Source: Bacteroidales bacterium
GTDB taxonomy: Bacteria; Bacteroidota; Bacteroidia; Bacteroidales; BM520
Direction: 5' to 3'
DNA length: 64,000 nucleotides
NCBI GenBank assembly: GCA_031276035.1
Contig: JAISNV010000024.1
Span: 10,446 to 74,445, forward strand
This document shows, piece after piece, positions 11,601 to 20,325 of the stretch (position 1 is its first letter; every line of letters begins with the position of its first letter). The notes beneath the pieces are model-generated. The model worked only from the letters and a program-made list of their open reading frames with translations. It searched no databases and was not told the DNA's origin. The position numbers and the translations under genes were made by a program.

Positions 11601-11684
11601 AACATGCAAAATGGTACTTATATTGCTAAAATTGATGTACCTAATTGCAAATCTAAAACTTCAAAATTTATCGTTGTAAAATAA
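8607..11684 (+). CDS. T9SS-sorted secreted protein, probably beta-propeller (BNR/sortilin-like) rich
   Basis: Signal/TM N-terminus and repeated G-x-x-x-S/T-D-G-G-like propeller segments. C-terminal T9SS type-A sorting domain (INIYPNPAKDYVNISIE...GTYIAKI...KFIVVK). Confidence 0.6.
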   Translation: MKIKHLRFKFFAISLGAALFLLTTAFIANNFISSKSDKQVNYYQSEHEYLNSLRMNPKTGTVSPTDYAKALKEVQKYRANNANKSSELIWENEGPDNLAGRMRSTLRVESGDKAYWYAGSVSGGLWRLEEGSQVWSIVSESVNSLNVSSMHQSTDGTLYIGTGESFYSEDFNLLPGFKGRGIYKSSNGVDFTVIASTVPTENAVYGEDWFYINKITTINNRLFVGTNTGLNVSDLQGSSWTIAKTSDGQELTGECNELVSMNNAIAAFVDGLAYISVNGDPNNFVCISTKYEESGTIYNSTMLPKNNIGRVCFAFAPSNPDYLYAIAISSDASNRGKLENIYRSVKGNNGWTNWTAIGPGGSTHMFYVFESNGLYSSAIAIDPDNENRIFIGGNDLWRGDYVEGGELYQWTQLTTYKSLYSSAYVPSNHFSYLIDSSGNIAIACENGIYVFNNSTLRASSRNINLTTSQFYTVSANYKGNVYGGTQGNGTVLIDPNTSISGKGGENVVPSISLSTGEDFNAFNIGGYVHNSMINPIGVIVSINGNDDIKDESISIYAYFGGKQRLTIYRYDDQMPQNISYWLDGSDPIKPIEDSASYITPSILWENFNYTQSRDSVDFTADKDYVIGDKVYAASKNAYYPIEVILEENLSEGQTIRVQDIVASKFFVGVNSSIFMTTEASNFNRDFRNDNPWWTISSSKLGGIQGTPQCLGLSKDANYLYVGTKDGKLYKLSNIAAAYNTETANVGSNLYATSGTVTANPYCVVNTSLIADFGDRVITSVSVHPNNSQIVVVTLGNYGFDDYVYITKDALEKEPTFNKVNSLHLAHAPIYTSIFVEGVENNDNMFMIGTDFGIWSTSDITGNQVEWIEEEAGIGELPVFMLKQQNVQTDNGKPVYYDGQELYISNYRGIYAATFGGGVFKCTNLVKTGVTGIDDPVIANNDNDINIYPNPAKDYVNISIETDSNVDATLYIYNVSGKLVNVMTKRSFSDKVTFTLNTSNMQNGTYIAKIDVPNCKSKTSKFIVVK

Positions 11685-11694
11685 TTAAAAACAA

Positions 11695-13230
11695 ATGAAA
11701 ATGAAAAAAATATTTATAACTATATGTATATCATTATTTGCATTATCTCTTTCTGCACAAATTAAATCATATACACCAACATTAACATCTCCGGAATCCG
11801 GCACAATTAATACAATGCCGATTACTCTTATGGATTGGGAATCAATTGCCGGATATCCAAATCTTAAATATGAGATTCATATTAGCGACCAAGCTGATTT
11901 TAGTAATATTTTATTTGAACTTGAAACTGAAAGTTCGGCAATTAAATCACCTGTTCTAAAATTCAACAGTGAATATTTTTGGAGAGTAAGAGCTATTGAT
12001 GATAAAGATGAATCCGAATGGTCTGAAGTAAGGAGTTTTGTTACTTTAAATGAAATAAATGTAACAGCGCCCATTGCTAATGCGCTTCAAGTAAATCCAA
12101 GACCCACGTATAGATGGATCTCTTATGGTAATATTGATTTTGAAGGAATTTCGCAAATAGAAATAGTTATTTGTGATTCAGATGATTTCGATGAAGATAA
12201 TCCTAGCTATCAAGAAAATTTTATTCATAAAGATTCCAGTGCTTTTAGTGCCAGAGTAGCTACAGTACATAACTTAAACTTCAACACGGTATATTATTGG
12301 AGAGTTCGTCTATATAATGATACTAACGGTGAAATGGCCGATATTTCTAGCTGGTCGGAAACAAAATCATTTACTACAGTTCAAAAAAATACTCCAAAAA
12401 GTCCGTCTAATAACGGCACTGGCATTGACCCTATGGTTGACTTAGAACTAACTACCAATTTTACCCCTCCTTGCGTATATATATTTCAAATTGATACTGA
12501 TGAAAACTTTTCATCACCAAATGAATATACGTCTACTTCAATAAAATTAACTAATTATGATACTTTATTATTTAATACCGAATATTTCTGGCGCGTTAAA
12601 ATGACTTATGGAAACTCTGTTTCTGAATGGACAGATACTTGGGGATTTACCACTCTTAATTATCCAAGGCAAAGGGAACCTTTAGATAATGCATCTATAA
12701 CAAATGCTTCTAACTTCACTATTGATAATATTGGCGGTAGCAGTCATTATATATTTCAAGTGTCTGCATCATCAAGTTTCCCCGATGAAGAAACATATAT
12801 TGCAACTTTTGATCATATCGTAGGCACAAGACCTACAATCTATATTAATAATTATGTTGATTTTGATCCTCAGGAAAATACAACTTATTATTGGAGAGCG
12901 AAGGCATTTAACATTTATAATGAAACCGAATGGTGTGCTGCAAGAAGATTCTCTTATATAAATGTGGCAGGTATTGATGATTATCTAACACTTGAAACAA
13001 CTATTTATCCTAATCCAAATAGCGGTAACTTTAAATTAGAAGTAAATTCTTCAATAAATAATGCTGTTATTCGTGTATATGACCTTACGGGAAGAATTCG
13101 TTATAATGAAACTGTTAACCTTATTGAAGGTAATGCTCATAACATTAATGTTAATCTTTCAAAAGGTTTATATATACTTGAGATTAATAATAATGGTATA
13201 AGAACAAATAAAAAGTTCACAGTACAATAA
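11695..13230 (+). CDS. T9SS-sorted secreted protein made of four ~95-105-aa tandem domains
   Basis: Signal peptide. Four repeats each end in Y[FY]WR[VA][RK]...W[ST/C]...F (YFWRVRA, YYWRVRL, YFWRVKM, YYWRAKA). C-terminal T9SS domain (TIYPNPNSGNFKLEV...GLYILEI...KFTVQ). Confidence 0.6.
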   Translation: MKMKKIFITICISLFALSLSAQIKSYTPTLTSPESGTINTMPITLMDWESIAGYPNLKYEIHISDQADFSNILFELETESSAIKSPVLKFNSEYFWRVRAIDDKDESEWSEVRSFVTLNEINVTAPIANALQVNPRPTYRWISYGNIDFEGISQIEIVICDSDDFDEDNPSYQENFIHKDSSAFSARVATVHNLNFNTVYYWRVRLYNDTNGEMADISSWSETKSFTTVQKNTPKSPSNNGTGIDPMVDLELTTNFTPPCVYIFQIDTDENFSSPNEYTSTSIKLTNYDTLLFNTEYFWRVKMTYGNSVSEWTDTWGFTTLNYPRQREPLDNASITNASNFTIDNIGGSSHYIFQVSASSSFPDEETYIATFDHIVGTRPTIYINNYVDFDPQENTTYYWRAKAFNIYNETEWCAARRFSYINVAGIDDYLTLETTIYPNPNSGNFKLEVNSSINNAVIRVYDLTGRIRYNETVNLIEGNAHNINVNLSKGLYILEINNNGIRTNKKFTVQ

Positions 13231-13251
13231 TAAGCTTTCAAAAATCACAAT

Positions 13252-13285
13252 AAAAAAAGCTGCTAAATTTTAGCAGCTTTTTTTA
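13252..13285. terminator. Bidirectional intrinsic terminator between convergent genes
   Basis: 10-bp stem AAAGCTGCTA / TAGCAGCTTT (13256..13280), 5-nt loop, A-run before and T-run after. Confidence 0.75.
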
Positions 13286-13348
13286 TTGATCAAGCAAAAA
13301 ATCTTTTCAATTTGTTTTTTCCTTTAATCCCATATTTTCACAATCATA

Positions 13349-14101
13349 TTATTTGTTATATCTCTTTCCAAAAATAATATTAAGATAAAATGAGAAGAAA
13401 ACATTTTTAGAGTCATTGTCTGCCATTACAGGAACACCTATTGGGAAAATATTAACCATACCTCCTACCTCTATTCCTTTTACAACACTATTATATTGTC
13501 CGTACTCAAAATAAAAACCTATATTACCATAAAATCCGGGATATATTTTTAATTCGGTTATTCCTTTAAGGTATGGACCTCTTCCTCTTATATTATTCGA
13601 ACTATGTATCTCGGGATCATATTTTTCTAACACAGCATCACTATATATGTCATTTTCATCTTCTGACACATACAAGTAAACAGGTACTGCAAAACAAATA
13701 CTTGGCCCAAAAGAATACGCCAATTGAATTTCTACTCCTCCCCATGAAGGTTTACGTGTAATTTTATAAACATTACCATATCCTCCGCGCAGAAAAAAAA
13801 TTTCATTTAATTTGGCATATTTAAATGGTCTGTAACCGGGAAATAACAGAGAATACACTCTTTCTTCCTTAATATCCCAATAAACAGAAAAATTTATTTC
13901 AAAAAATGTAGCTTTAAATGCATCTTTAATCTTAGATTGTCTATATGCAGCTCCAAATCCATTACTATTAATATTTACTATGCCTATCCTATCACGATTG
14001 TATAATATATTAGCTTCCGATTCATTATTTTCCTGTGCATTAACAAAAGGAATAAAGCAAATCAGCAATAAACAAGCCGCAATAAATCGGCTGTATTTCA
14101 T
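13349..14101 (-). CDS. Putative outer-membrane beta-barrel protein (uncharacterised Bacteroidota family)
   Basis: Signal peptide (FVNAQ), alternating aromatic/glycine beta-strand pattern, aromatic-rich C-terminus. The start ATG overlaps the stop of the upstream 39-aa lipoprotein ORF. Confidence 0.5.
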   Translation of the reverse strand: MKYSRFIAACLLLICFIPFVNAQENNESEANILYNRDRIGIVNINSNGFGAAYRQSKIKDAFKATFFEINFSVYWDIKEERVYSLLFPGYRPFKYAKLNEIFFLRGGYGNVYKITRKPSWGGVEIQLAYSFGPSICFAVPVYLYVSEDENDIYSDAVLEKYDPEIHSSNNIRGRGPYLKGITELKIYPGFYGNIGFYFEYGQYNSVVKGIEVGGMVNIFPIGVPVMADNDSKNVFFSFYLNIIFGKRYNK

Positions 14102-14220
14102 TATTTATCTACCTGAAATTTAGAAACTTCACCATAAGCAGCACAACTTTGCTGCGACTTACAAGAACTTAACGCAAACACTAAAATAACCGCACTCACA
14201 ATTATTAATAATTTCTTCAT
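14101..14220 (-). CDS. Unannotated 39-aa lipoprotein (MKKLLIIVSAVILVFALSSCKSQQSCAAYGEVSKFQVDK)
   Basis: Hand-translated and below the track's 60-aa cutoff. Classic lipobox LSSC. Perfect TACTTTTG -7 box 17 nt upstream. The stop overlaps the next ATG as TAATG. Confidence 0.55.
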   Translation of the reverse strand: MKKLLIIVSAVILVFALSSCKSQQSCAAYGEVSKFQVDK

Positions 14221-14237
14221 TATATTCAATTTTTTAG

Positions 14238-14245
14238 CAAAAGTA
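14238..14245 (-). promoter_or_regulatory. -7 promoter box TACTTTTG for the small-lipoprotein/barrel pair
   Basis: Perfect TAnnTTTG on the minus strand, 17 nt before the ATG at 14220. Confidence 0.5.
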
Positions 14246-14278
14246 ATATTTTTTTTATCATATAACGTTCTAAAATGC

Positions 14279-14286
14279 TATTTTTG
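14279..14286 (+). promoter_or_regulatory. -7 promoter box TATTTTTG for ung
   Basis: Perfect TAnnTTTG 13 nt upstream of the ung ATG. Confidence 0.5.
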
Positions 14287-14299
14287 TATTTTTAATGCT

Positions 14300-14983
14300 A
14301 TGGAAACCATAAAACCTAAAATACACGAGTCGTGGCTTAATGTGTTAAACGAAGAATTTAACAAGGAGTATTTCATTAATCTTAAAGAATTCCTTCATAC
14401 AGAAAGAAAGAAATACCGTATTTTTCCTCCCGGAAATAAAATATTTGCCGCCTATGATACAACTCCTTTCGATAACATTAAAGCAGTAATAATAGGTCAA
14501 GATCCTTATCACGGTTATAATCAGGCTAATGGGTTATGCTTCTCTGTAAACCCACCTGTTGAAATGCCACCATCATTAATTAATATTTTTAAAGAATTGA
14601 AAGATGATTTAGGGTATGAAATTCCTAAATACGGTGATCTTACGAAATGGGCAAATGAAGGAGTACTACTATTAAACGCGGTTTTAACCGTCAGAGAAAA
14701 CCAAGCCGGTTCTCATAGAGATCATGGTTGGGAAAATTTTACCAATGCAACAATTAAAGCCATTTCAGATAAAAAAGAAAATATAGTATTTATTTTATGG
14801 GGAAATTATGCAAAAGAGAAAATCTCTTTGATTGACTCATCAAAACATTATATACTAACGGCGGCTCATCCTTCACCTCTATCCGCAAATCGTGGAGGTT
14901 TCTTCGGCTGTAAACATTTTTCAAAAACAAATTCTTTCTTAATAAGTAAAGGGCTAAAACCTATTAATTGGAATTTAAACTAA
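14300..14983 (+). CDS. ung: Uracil-DNA glycosylase
   Basis: Family-1 UDG motifs GQDPYH and HPSPLS; typical length. Confidence 0.92.
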   Translation: METIKPKIHESWLNVLNEEFNKEYFINLKEFLHTERKKYRIFPPGNKIFAAYDTTPFDNIKAVIIGQDPYHGYNQANGLCFSVNPPVEMPPSLINIFKELKDDLGYEIPKYGDLTKWANEGVLLLNAVLTVRENQAGSHRDHGWENFTNATIKAISDKKENIVFILWGNYAKEKISLIDSSKHYILTAAHPSPLSANRGGFFGCKHFSKTNSFLISKGLKPINWNLN

Positions 14984-14989
14984 TAATTT

Positions 14990-15742
14990 ATGAATCAGAA
15001 TAATTCAAAAGGTTTTATTTATGGCATTCATCCGCTTATTGAAGCAATTGAGGCCGGAAAAGAAATAGAAAAGATTTTTATTAAAAAAGATACGAATTCC
15101 CAACAGTATTCGCAATTATTAAAACTTATCAGGGAAAACAATTTACCGTATCAATATGTTCCTATTGAAAAATTAAATAGAATAACACGAAAGAATCATC
15201 AGGGAGTTATTGCATACATTTCTCCAATTGCATATGATAATATAGAACAAATAATTCCGACTTTATTTGAAGAAGGATCAATACCTTTAGTATTAATCCT
15301 CGACGGTATTACCGATGTAAGGAATTTCGGAGCAATCTGCCGTACCGCCGAATGTGCGGGTGTAAATGCTATTATATATGCTGAAAAAGGAAGCGCAATA
15401 ATCAATGAAGATACGGTTAAAACCTCAGCGGGTGCAATTCTAAATATTCCGATATGTAAGGTTAAAAATCTTACTAAAACAGTAAAATTTCTTACCGAAT
15501 GCGGATTAAACATTATTGCCTGCACGGAAAAAACCGACAAAACTTATTATCATTTAAATTACACGGAACCTACTGCTGTTATTATGGGTTCCGAAGGTGA
15601 GGGTATTTCTTTCGAATTAAGAAGATTGGCACAACAGGAAGCAGCAATTCCCTTGTTCGGTAAAACCGAATCTCTAAATGTTTCCTGTGCTACAGCAATA
15701 ATTCTTTATGAAATTGTCCGCCAACGCTCAATGGGAGAATGA
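14990..15742 (+). CDS. rlmB: 23S rRNA (guanosine-2'-O)-methyltransferase, RlmB/SpoU family
   Basis: SpoU/TrmH-type SPOUT methyltransferase with an N-terminal substrate-binding domain, C-terminal motifs (GSEGEGIS, SLNVS), about 250 aa. Confidence 0.8.
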   Translation: MNQNNSKGFIYGIHPLIEAIEAGKEIEKIFIKKDTNSQQYSQLLKLIRENNLPYQYVPIEKLNRITRKNHQGVIAYISPIAYDNIEQIIPTLFEEGSIPLVLILDGITDVRNFGAICRTAECAGVNAIIYAEKGSAIINEDTVKTSAGAILNIPICKVKNLTKTVKFLTECGLNIIACTEKTDKTYYHLNYTEPTAVIMGSEGEGISFELRRLAQQEAAIPLFGKTESLNVSCATAIILYEIVRQRSMGE

Positions 15743-15804
15743 CATTTCGTTTATATTTCTATTAATGATATTAAAAATATTTGATACTAAATATATTATA
15801 TAAT

Positions 15805-16377
15805 ATGAAGAAAAACATAATAATCTTTTGTTGTTTACTGGTTTTGATATTTACTTCTTGCAGAAAAACTGAAAAATATTACGATTATTTCGGTAAAATT
15901 ACTAGCGAAATTCAAATGAAAAATGGAGTTCCCGACGGTGTTGCAAAGTTTTATTTTCAAGACGGGAAAAATATAAATGCGATAAGTAATTACAAAAACG
16001 GTAAACTTGAAGGAGGAACAACACGTTGGTATTATAACGGACTTAAGGAATATGAAGAATTTTATACAAATGACCAATTACACGGCACAAGAAAAGCTTG
16101 GGATAAAAATGGAAATTTAATTTTAGAAGAAGAATATACCCATGGAGAACTTAATGGTATTTCAAGAACATGGTATTCTAACGGCCAAATTAAGATAGAT
16201 GCATATTATTTAGATGGGATGCCGCACGGTAATTGGGTATTTTATGACAGTAACGGAATTCATGTCGGTTATGCTGAATTTGAAAATGGAAACGGCACAC
16301 AAATAAGTTTAAATCCTAATGGAACAATTAGCAAAGTTATTCATTATGAAGGCGGAATAAAAATTGACGAGGAATAA
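15805..16377 (+). CDS. MORN-repeat-variant / YwqK-family lipoprotein
   Basis: Lipobox (LIFTSC) after the MKKNIIIFCC start. Repeated G-x-x-x-G-x-x-x-x-[WY]Y-x-N-G modules. The track's TTG start at 15781 was replaced by the ATG that begins the signal peptide. Confidence 0.65.
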   Translation: MKKNIIIFCCLLVLIFTSCRKTEKYYDYFGKITSEIQMKNGVPDGVAKFYFQDGKNINAISNYKNGKLEGGTTRWYYNGLKEYEEFYTNDQLHGTRKAWDKNGNLILEEEYTHGELNGISRTWYSNGQIKIDAYYLDGMPHGNWVFYDSNGIHVGYAEFENGNGTQISLNPNGTISKVIHYEGGIKIDEE

Positions 16378-16534
16378 AAACAAAAAAACATAATTTTGAG
16401 AAAAAAAAGCAATTAAACCTTTGAAAATCGAAAAATAAAACTAAACTTTGCAAAAAATTTAATAAATTCAATAGTATTTAGACTTCATTCTATATACTAT
16501 TAAAAACCAATAAATTACATAAAAATAATTAAGT

Positions 16535-17872
16535 ATGAACGTAGAAAAAATCATGCAAGATTTGACAGCAAAGCATTCACATGAACCTGAATACTTACAA
16601 GCTGTTCACGAGGTATTAGAATCTATTGTTGACGTTTACAATGCTAATCCTCAATTTGAAAAAGCAAAAATCATTGAAAGAATGGTTGAACCTGATCGTA
16701 TCTTTACTTTCAAAGTAAGTTGGGTTGATGACAAAGGTGAAGCTCAAGTTAATCTTGGATACCGTGTTCAATTCAACGGCGCTATTGGTCCTTACAAGGG
16801 TGGTCTTCGTTTTCACCCAAGCGTAAATTTAAGTATTCTTAAATTTTTAGGATTCGAACAAACTTTCAAAAACAGCTTAACATCATTACCTATGGGTGGT
16901 GGTAAAGGCGGATCTGATTTTAATCCTAAAGGTAAATCAGACGGTGAAATCATGCGCTTCTGCCAAGCTTTCATGCTTGAATTATGGCATCATATCGGTC
17001 CTGAAACAGACGTTCCTGCAGGCGATATTGGTGTTGGAGCTCGCGAAATTGGCTATATGTACGGAATGTACAAAAAATTAGCTCAAGATCATACCGGCGT
17101 TTTAACGGGTAAAGGTCTTAATTGGGGTGGATCATTAATTCGTCCGGAAGCTACAGGTTTTGGTGGAGTTTATTTCGTAGACCATATGTTAAAAACTCAA
17201 AATATTGACATAAAAGGTAAAACAGTTTCTTGCTCCGGTTTTGGTAATGTTGCTTGGGGTGCTGCTCTTAAAGCTACTGAATTAGGTGCTAAAGTTGTTG
17301 CTATTTCAGGTCCTGACGGATATATTTATGATGAAGCAGGTATTAGTGGAGAAAAAATTAACTATATGCTTGACTTACGTAATTCAAACCAAGATATAGT
17401 TGCTCCTTACGCACAGAAATTTTCTGGATCTAAATTCGTAGCAGGTAAAAAACCTTGGGAAGTAAAAGTTGATATCGCTCTTCCATGTGCAACTCAAAAC
17501 GAACTTAACGGAGAAGATGCAGCAACTCTTATTAAAAACGGTGTAATTTGTGTTGGTGAAATTTCTAACATGGGTTGTACTCCTGAAGCTATTGAAGCTT
17601 TCCAAAAAGCAAAAGTACTTTTTGCTCCTGGTAAAGCTGTAAATGCCGGTGGTGTTGCGACTTCTGGTCTTGAAATGAGCCAAAATAGCTTAAAATTAAG
17701 CTGGACAAGAGAAGAAGTTGATGCTCGTTTAAAACAAATAATGGAAAATATCCATACAGCATGTGTGAAATACGGAAAACAAGCTGATGGCTACATCAAT
17801 TATGTAAAAGGTGCAAACATCGCAGGTTTCTTAAAAGTTGCTAATGCAATGTTAGATCTTGGAGTTATTTAA
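16535..17872 (+). CDS. gdhA: NAD(P)-specific glutamate dehydrogenase
   Basis: 445 aa, GDH signature LPMGGGKGGSDF, Rossmann GFGNVAWGAA. Confidence 0.95.
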   Translation: MNVEKIMQDLTAKHSHEPEYLQAVHEVLESIVDVYNANPQFEKAKIIERMVEPDRIFTFKVSWVDDKGEAQVNLGYRVQFNGAIGPYKGGLRFHPSVNLSILKFLGFEQTFKNSLTSLPMGGGKGGSDFNPKGKSDGEIMRFCQAFMLELWHHIGPETDVPAGDIGVGAREIGYMYGMYKKLAQDHTGVLTGKGLNWGGSLIRPEATGFGGVYFVDHMLKTQNIDIKGKTVSCSGFGNVAWGAALKATELGAKVVAISGPDGYIYDEAGISGEKINYMLDLRNSNQDIVAPYAQKFSGSKFVAGKKPWEVKVDIALPCATQNELNGEDAATLIKNGVICVGEISNMGCTPEAIEAFQKAKVLFAPGKAVNAGGVATSGLEMSQNSLKLSWTREEVDARLKQIMENIHTACVKYGKQADGYINYVKGANIAGFLKVANAMLDLGVI

Positions 17873-17895
17873 TAGGGCTCAATACAAATAAATTT

Positions 17896-17935
17896 AGCGC
17901 GGAATTGATGACTTGTTCTCTTTTCCGCGCTTTTA
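17896..17935 (+). terminator. Intrinsic terminator after gdhA
   Basis: 9-bp GC-rich stem AGCGCGGAA / TTCCGCGCT followed by TTTTAATT. Confidence 0.7.
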
Positions 17936-17947
17936 ATTAGTATAAGT

Positions 17948-18523
17948 ATGAAACAACTCTTCGACATGTTTTTCACATTTGCCAAAATAGGGACCTTCAC
18001 TATTGGAGGCGGTTGGGCAATGATTCCCTTAATCGAAAAAGATGTCGTTGAGAAGAAAAAATGGATTGAAAAAGAAGAGTTTATCGATATTCTTGCTATT
18101 TCACAATCGCTTCCGGGAATTCTCGCAGTAAATACAGCAATTTTCATAGGTTATAAAGTAAAGAAAGTCGCAGGTAGTATTGTTTGTTTGCTGGCAACAA
18201 TTTTACCTTCATTTTTGATAATTCTTTTTATTGCAATATTTTTCCGGCAGTTTCAAAATAATCCTACTGTTGTCAGTATTTTTAAAGGAATCAGACCAGC
18301 TGTCGTAGCATTAATTTTAGCACCTGTTTTTACGACTGCTAAAAGCGCTAAAATAAATATCAAAAATATTTTCATTCCTGTTTGTGCCGCTTTACTTATT
18401 TGGTTGTGCGGTGTTTCTCCTGTGTGGATAATTCTTGTTGCAGGAATTGGCGGAATTGTGTGGTATTTTATCTTTCAACAAAAAATATTAAAGCATAAAA
18501 AGGAAAAAGGAACGAAAACATAA
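17948..18523 (+). CDS. chrA: Short-chain chromate-ion-transporter (CHR) family protein, first of a pair
   Basis: 191 aa, CHR motif FGGGWAMIPLIEKDVV..KKWI; polytopic membrane protein. Confidence 0.8.
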   Translation: MKQLFDMFFTFAKIGTFTIGGGWAMIPLIEKDVVEKKKWIEKEEFIDILAISQSLPGILAVNTAIFIGYKVKKVAGSIVCLLATILPSFLIILFIAIFFRQFQNNPTVVSIFKGIRPAVVALILAPVFTTAKSAKINIKNIFIPVCAALLIWLCGVSPVWIILVAGIGGIVWYFIFQQKILKHKKEKGTKT

Positions 18524-18670
18524 AAAGGACAAATTGAAATTATTAATAAAAAATATTTAACCTTAACAATAATCATCTAAATATTTCGTGACTTTGTATC
18601 TTTCTATGATACATTATATTATCAACAAATTATCTATCTCCAAATAGAACTTATAACTCAAAACTTAAAC

Positions 18671-19195
18671 ATGTTATATCTACAACTTTTCTGGACATAT
18701 TTTAAAATCGGACTTTTGAGTTTTGGTGGCGGATATGCCATGCTTTCGTTTATTCAAACAGAAGTTGTTGAAAAGCATCAGTGGATAAGCATGGAGGAGT
18801 TTACAGATATTGTTGCAATCTCACAAATGACTCCCGGCCCTATCGGAATTAATTCGGCTACTTATATCGGTTACACTGTTACAGGAAATGTTTGGGGCTC
18901 TGTTATTGCAACTCTTGCGGTATGTATTCCTTCCTTAATAATAGTTCTTACTATATCTTATTATTACAATAAATTTAGAAATAATAAAATTTTCAATGCG
19001 GCATTATCCGGATTACGTCCTGCAGCGGTCGGATTAATTGCAGCGGCAGTATTGCTTCTTATTACACCACAAAACTTTATTGATTATAAAAGTTGGATAA
19101 TTTTCGGCGTTTCCTTTTTATTAGTATATTTCGCCAAATTACATCCTATTGTGTTAATTCTTCTCGCCGGCGGTGTCGGGTATTTGCTCTACTGA
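18671..19195 (+). CDS. chrA: Short-chain chromate-ion-transporter (CHR) family protein, second of a pair
   Basis: 174 aa, CHR motif FGGGYAMLSFIQTEVVEKHQWIS. Paired half-size CHR genes are a known arrangement. Confidence 0.8.
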   Translation: MLYLQLFWTYFKIGLLSFGGGYAMLSFIQTEVVEKHQWISMEEFTDIVAISQMTPGPIGINSATYIGYTVTGNVWGSVIATLAVCIPSLIIVLTISYYYNKFRNNKIFNAALSGLRPAAVGLIAAAVLLLITPQNFIDYKSWIIFGVSFLLVYFAKLHPIVLILLAGGVGYLLY

Positions 19196-20122
19196 CGATT
19201 TCAGACTCTTTTTTGCAGTCCAAATTGCCGCATTAAATTCAAATCCGATAATCAGAGCTATTGCACATGTTTTCAGCAAAACTAAAAATATTATCATAGC
19301 TCCCAAGGAGCCATATAAATAATTATAATTATTAAAATTAACAATATATATTCTAAAAATATAAGCGCCAAGTCCTATAATCACAACCGCAATAAAAGCT
19401 CCGGGCGACCATAACTTAAATACTTTTTTCTCTCCTCCGGGCGAATAATAATAGATAAAGGAAATTATAGCTATTGAGAAAAACATCAGCAAACTCAACT
19501 TAATTAATCTAAATAACCATACTAACAATTGTCCGCCTAAAGTAGCTTCATTAATAAATTTTACATAAGCCGTTTGATACGAAAGAATCAATACTATGAT
19601 TATTAGTAAAATAAATATTATCACAGCGAAAATCAAAGAAATAATTCTCATAACCCACCAAGGTCTATCAAGTACTGCCTGATAAGAATTGTTCAGCGAT
19701 TTCATCATAGTACTCAATCCCTTTGAAGCAAAGAAAAGCAAGATCAAAAATGAAATTGAAGTCAACCCGATTTTCGGTCGGGAAAAAGATTCCTCAAACA
19801 TTGATATTAGATAAGATGTAGCTTCAAAAGTAAAGATACTTGAAAATGTTTCCACAATAATTTCCATATCTATAGGGAAATACGGAATTAAAGTTGCCAA
19901 TGCCAAAACAAACGGGAATAATGCAATAAAAAACTGGAATGCAATTGCCGAAGCACGTGAGTCCAGAAACCCGTAATGCATGCCGTTAACAAAATTTTTC
20001 AGTACATCGTAATATCTCGCTCCCTGACACCATTTCGGGTATCTATGTTTTGCCCGTTCAATGTATCTCTTAAGGAATTTGCTGTTCTCAAGCGACAACC
20101 ACAAATCTGTCTTTTCTCGCAT
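19154..20122 (-). CDS. YihY/BrkB-family membrane protein
   Basis: Polytopic membrane protein with YihY-like sequence. Start moved from the track's TTG (20146) to the ATG at 20122, because the TTG lies inside the TATCTTTG box at 20144..20151. Confidence 0.7.
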   Translation of the reverse strand: MREKTDLWLSLENSKFLKRYIERAKHRYPKWCQGARYYDVLKNFVNGMHYGFLDSRASAIAFQFFIALFPFVLALATLIPYFPIDMEIIVETFSSIFTFEATSYLISMFEESFSRPKIGLTSISFLILLFFASKGLSTMMKSLNNSYQAVLDRPWWVMRIISLIFAVIIFILLIIIVLILSYQTAYVKFINEATLGGQLLVWLFRLIKLSLLMFFSIAIISFIYYYSPGGEKKVFKLWSPGAFIAVVIIGLGAYIFRIYIVNFNNYNYLYGSLGAMIIFLVLLKTCAIALIIGFEFNAAIWTAKKSLKSSVEQIPDTAGEKN

Positions 20123-20143
20123 TAATTTAGTTTTTATGAAACG

Positions 20144-20151
20144 CAAAGATA
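20144..20151 (-). promoter_or_regulatory. -7 promoter box TATCTTTG (preceded by ATTTTCC) for the YihY/BrkB gene
   Basis: Perfect TAnnTTTG 21 nt upstream of ATG 20122. Shares the extended ATTT(T)CC-TATCTTTGC context with the rlmH and uvrA promoters. Confidence 0.55.
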
Positions 20152-20281
20152 GGAAAATAATTATAATGTATAATTGACTATTACAAAACAGAATAAATCA
20201 ATAAAACAACTGAAATTAAAAGTTATAATTACTCTATTTATTATGAATAGATCTTTTAAATACATGCATTAATTCTCTCAT

Positions 20282-20325
20282 TGTTCCCATTATCAATTGT
20301 CAATTGATTTCCCTATCTTTGCAGC
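20282..20325 (+). promoter_or_regulatory. rlmH promoter module: GTTCCCATT-A-(TCAATTG)x2-ATTTCCC-TATCTTTG-CAGC, then ATG
   Basis: Perfect -7 box at 20314..20321, only 4 nt before the ATG. Two perfect TCAATTG heptads at 20293..20306. Near-identical to the uvrA module. Confidence 0.6.
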
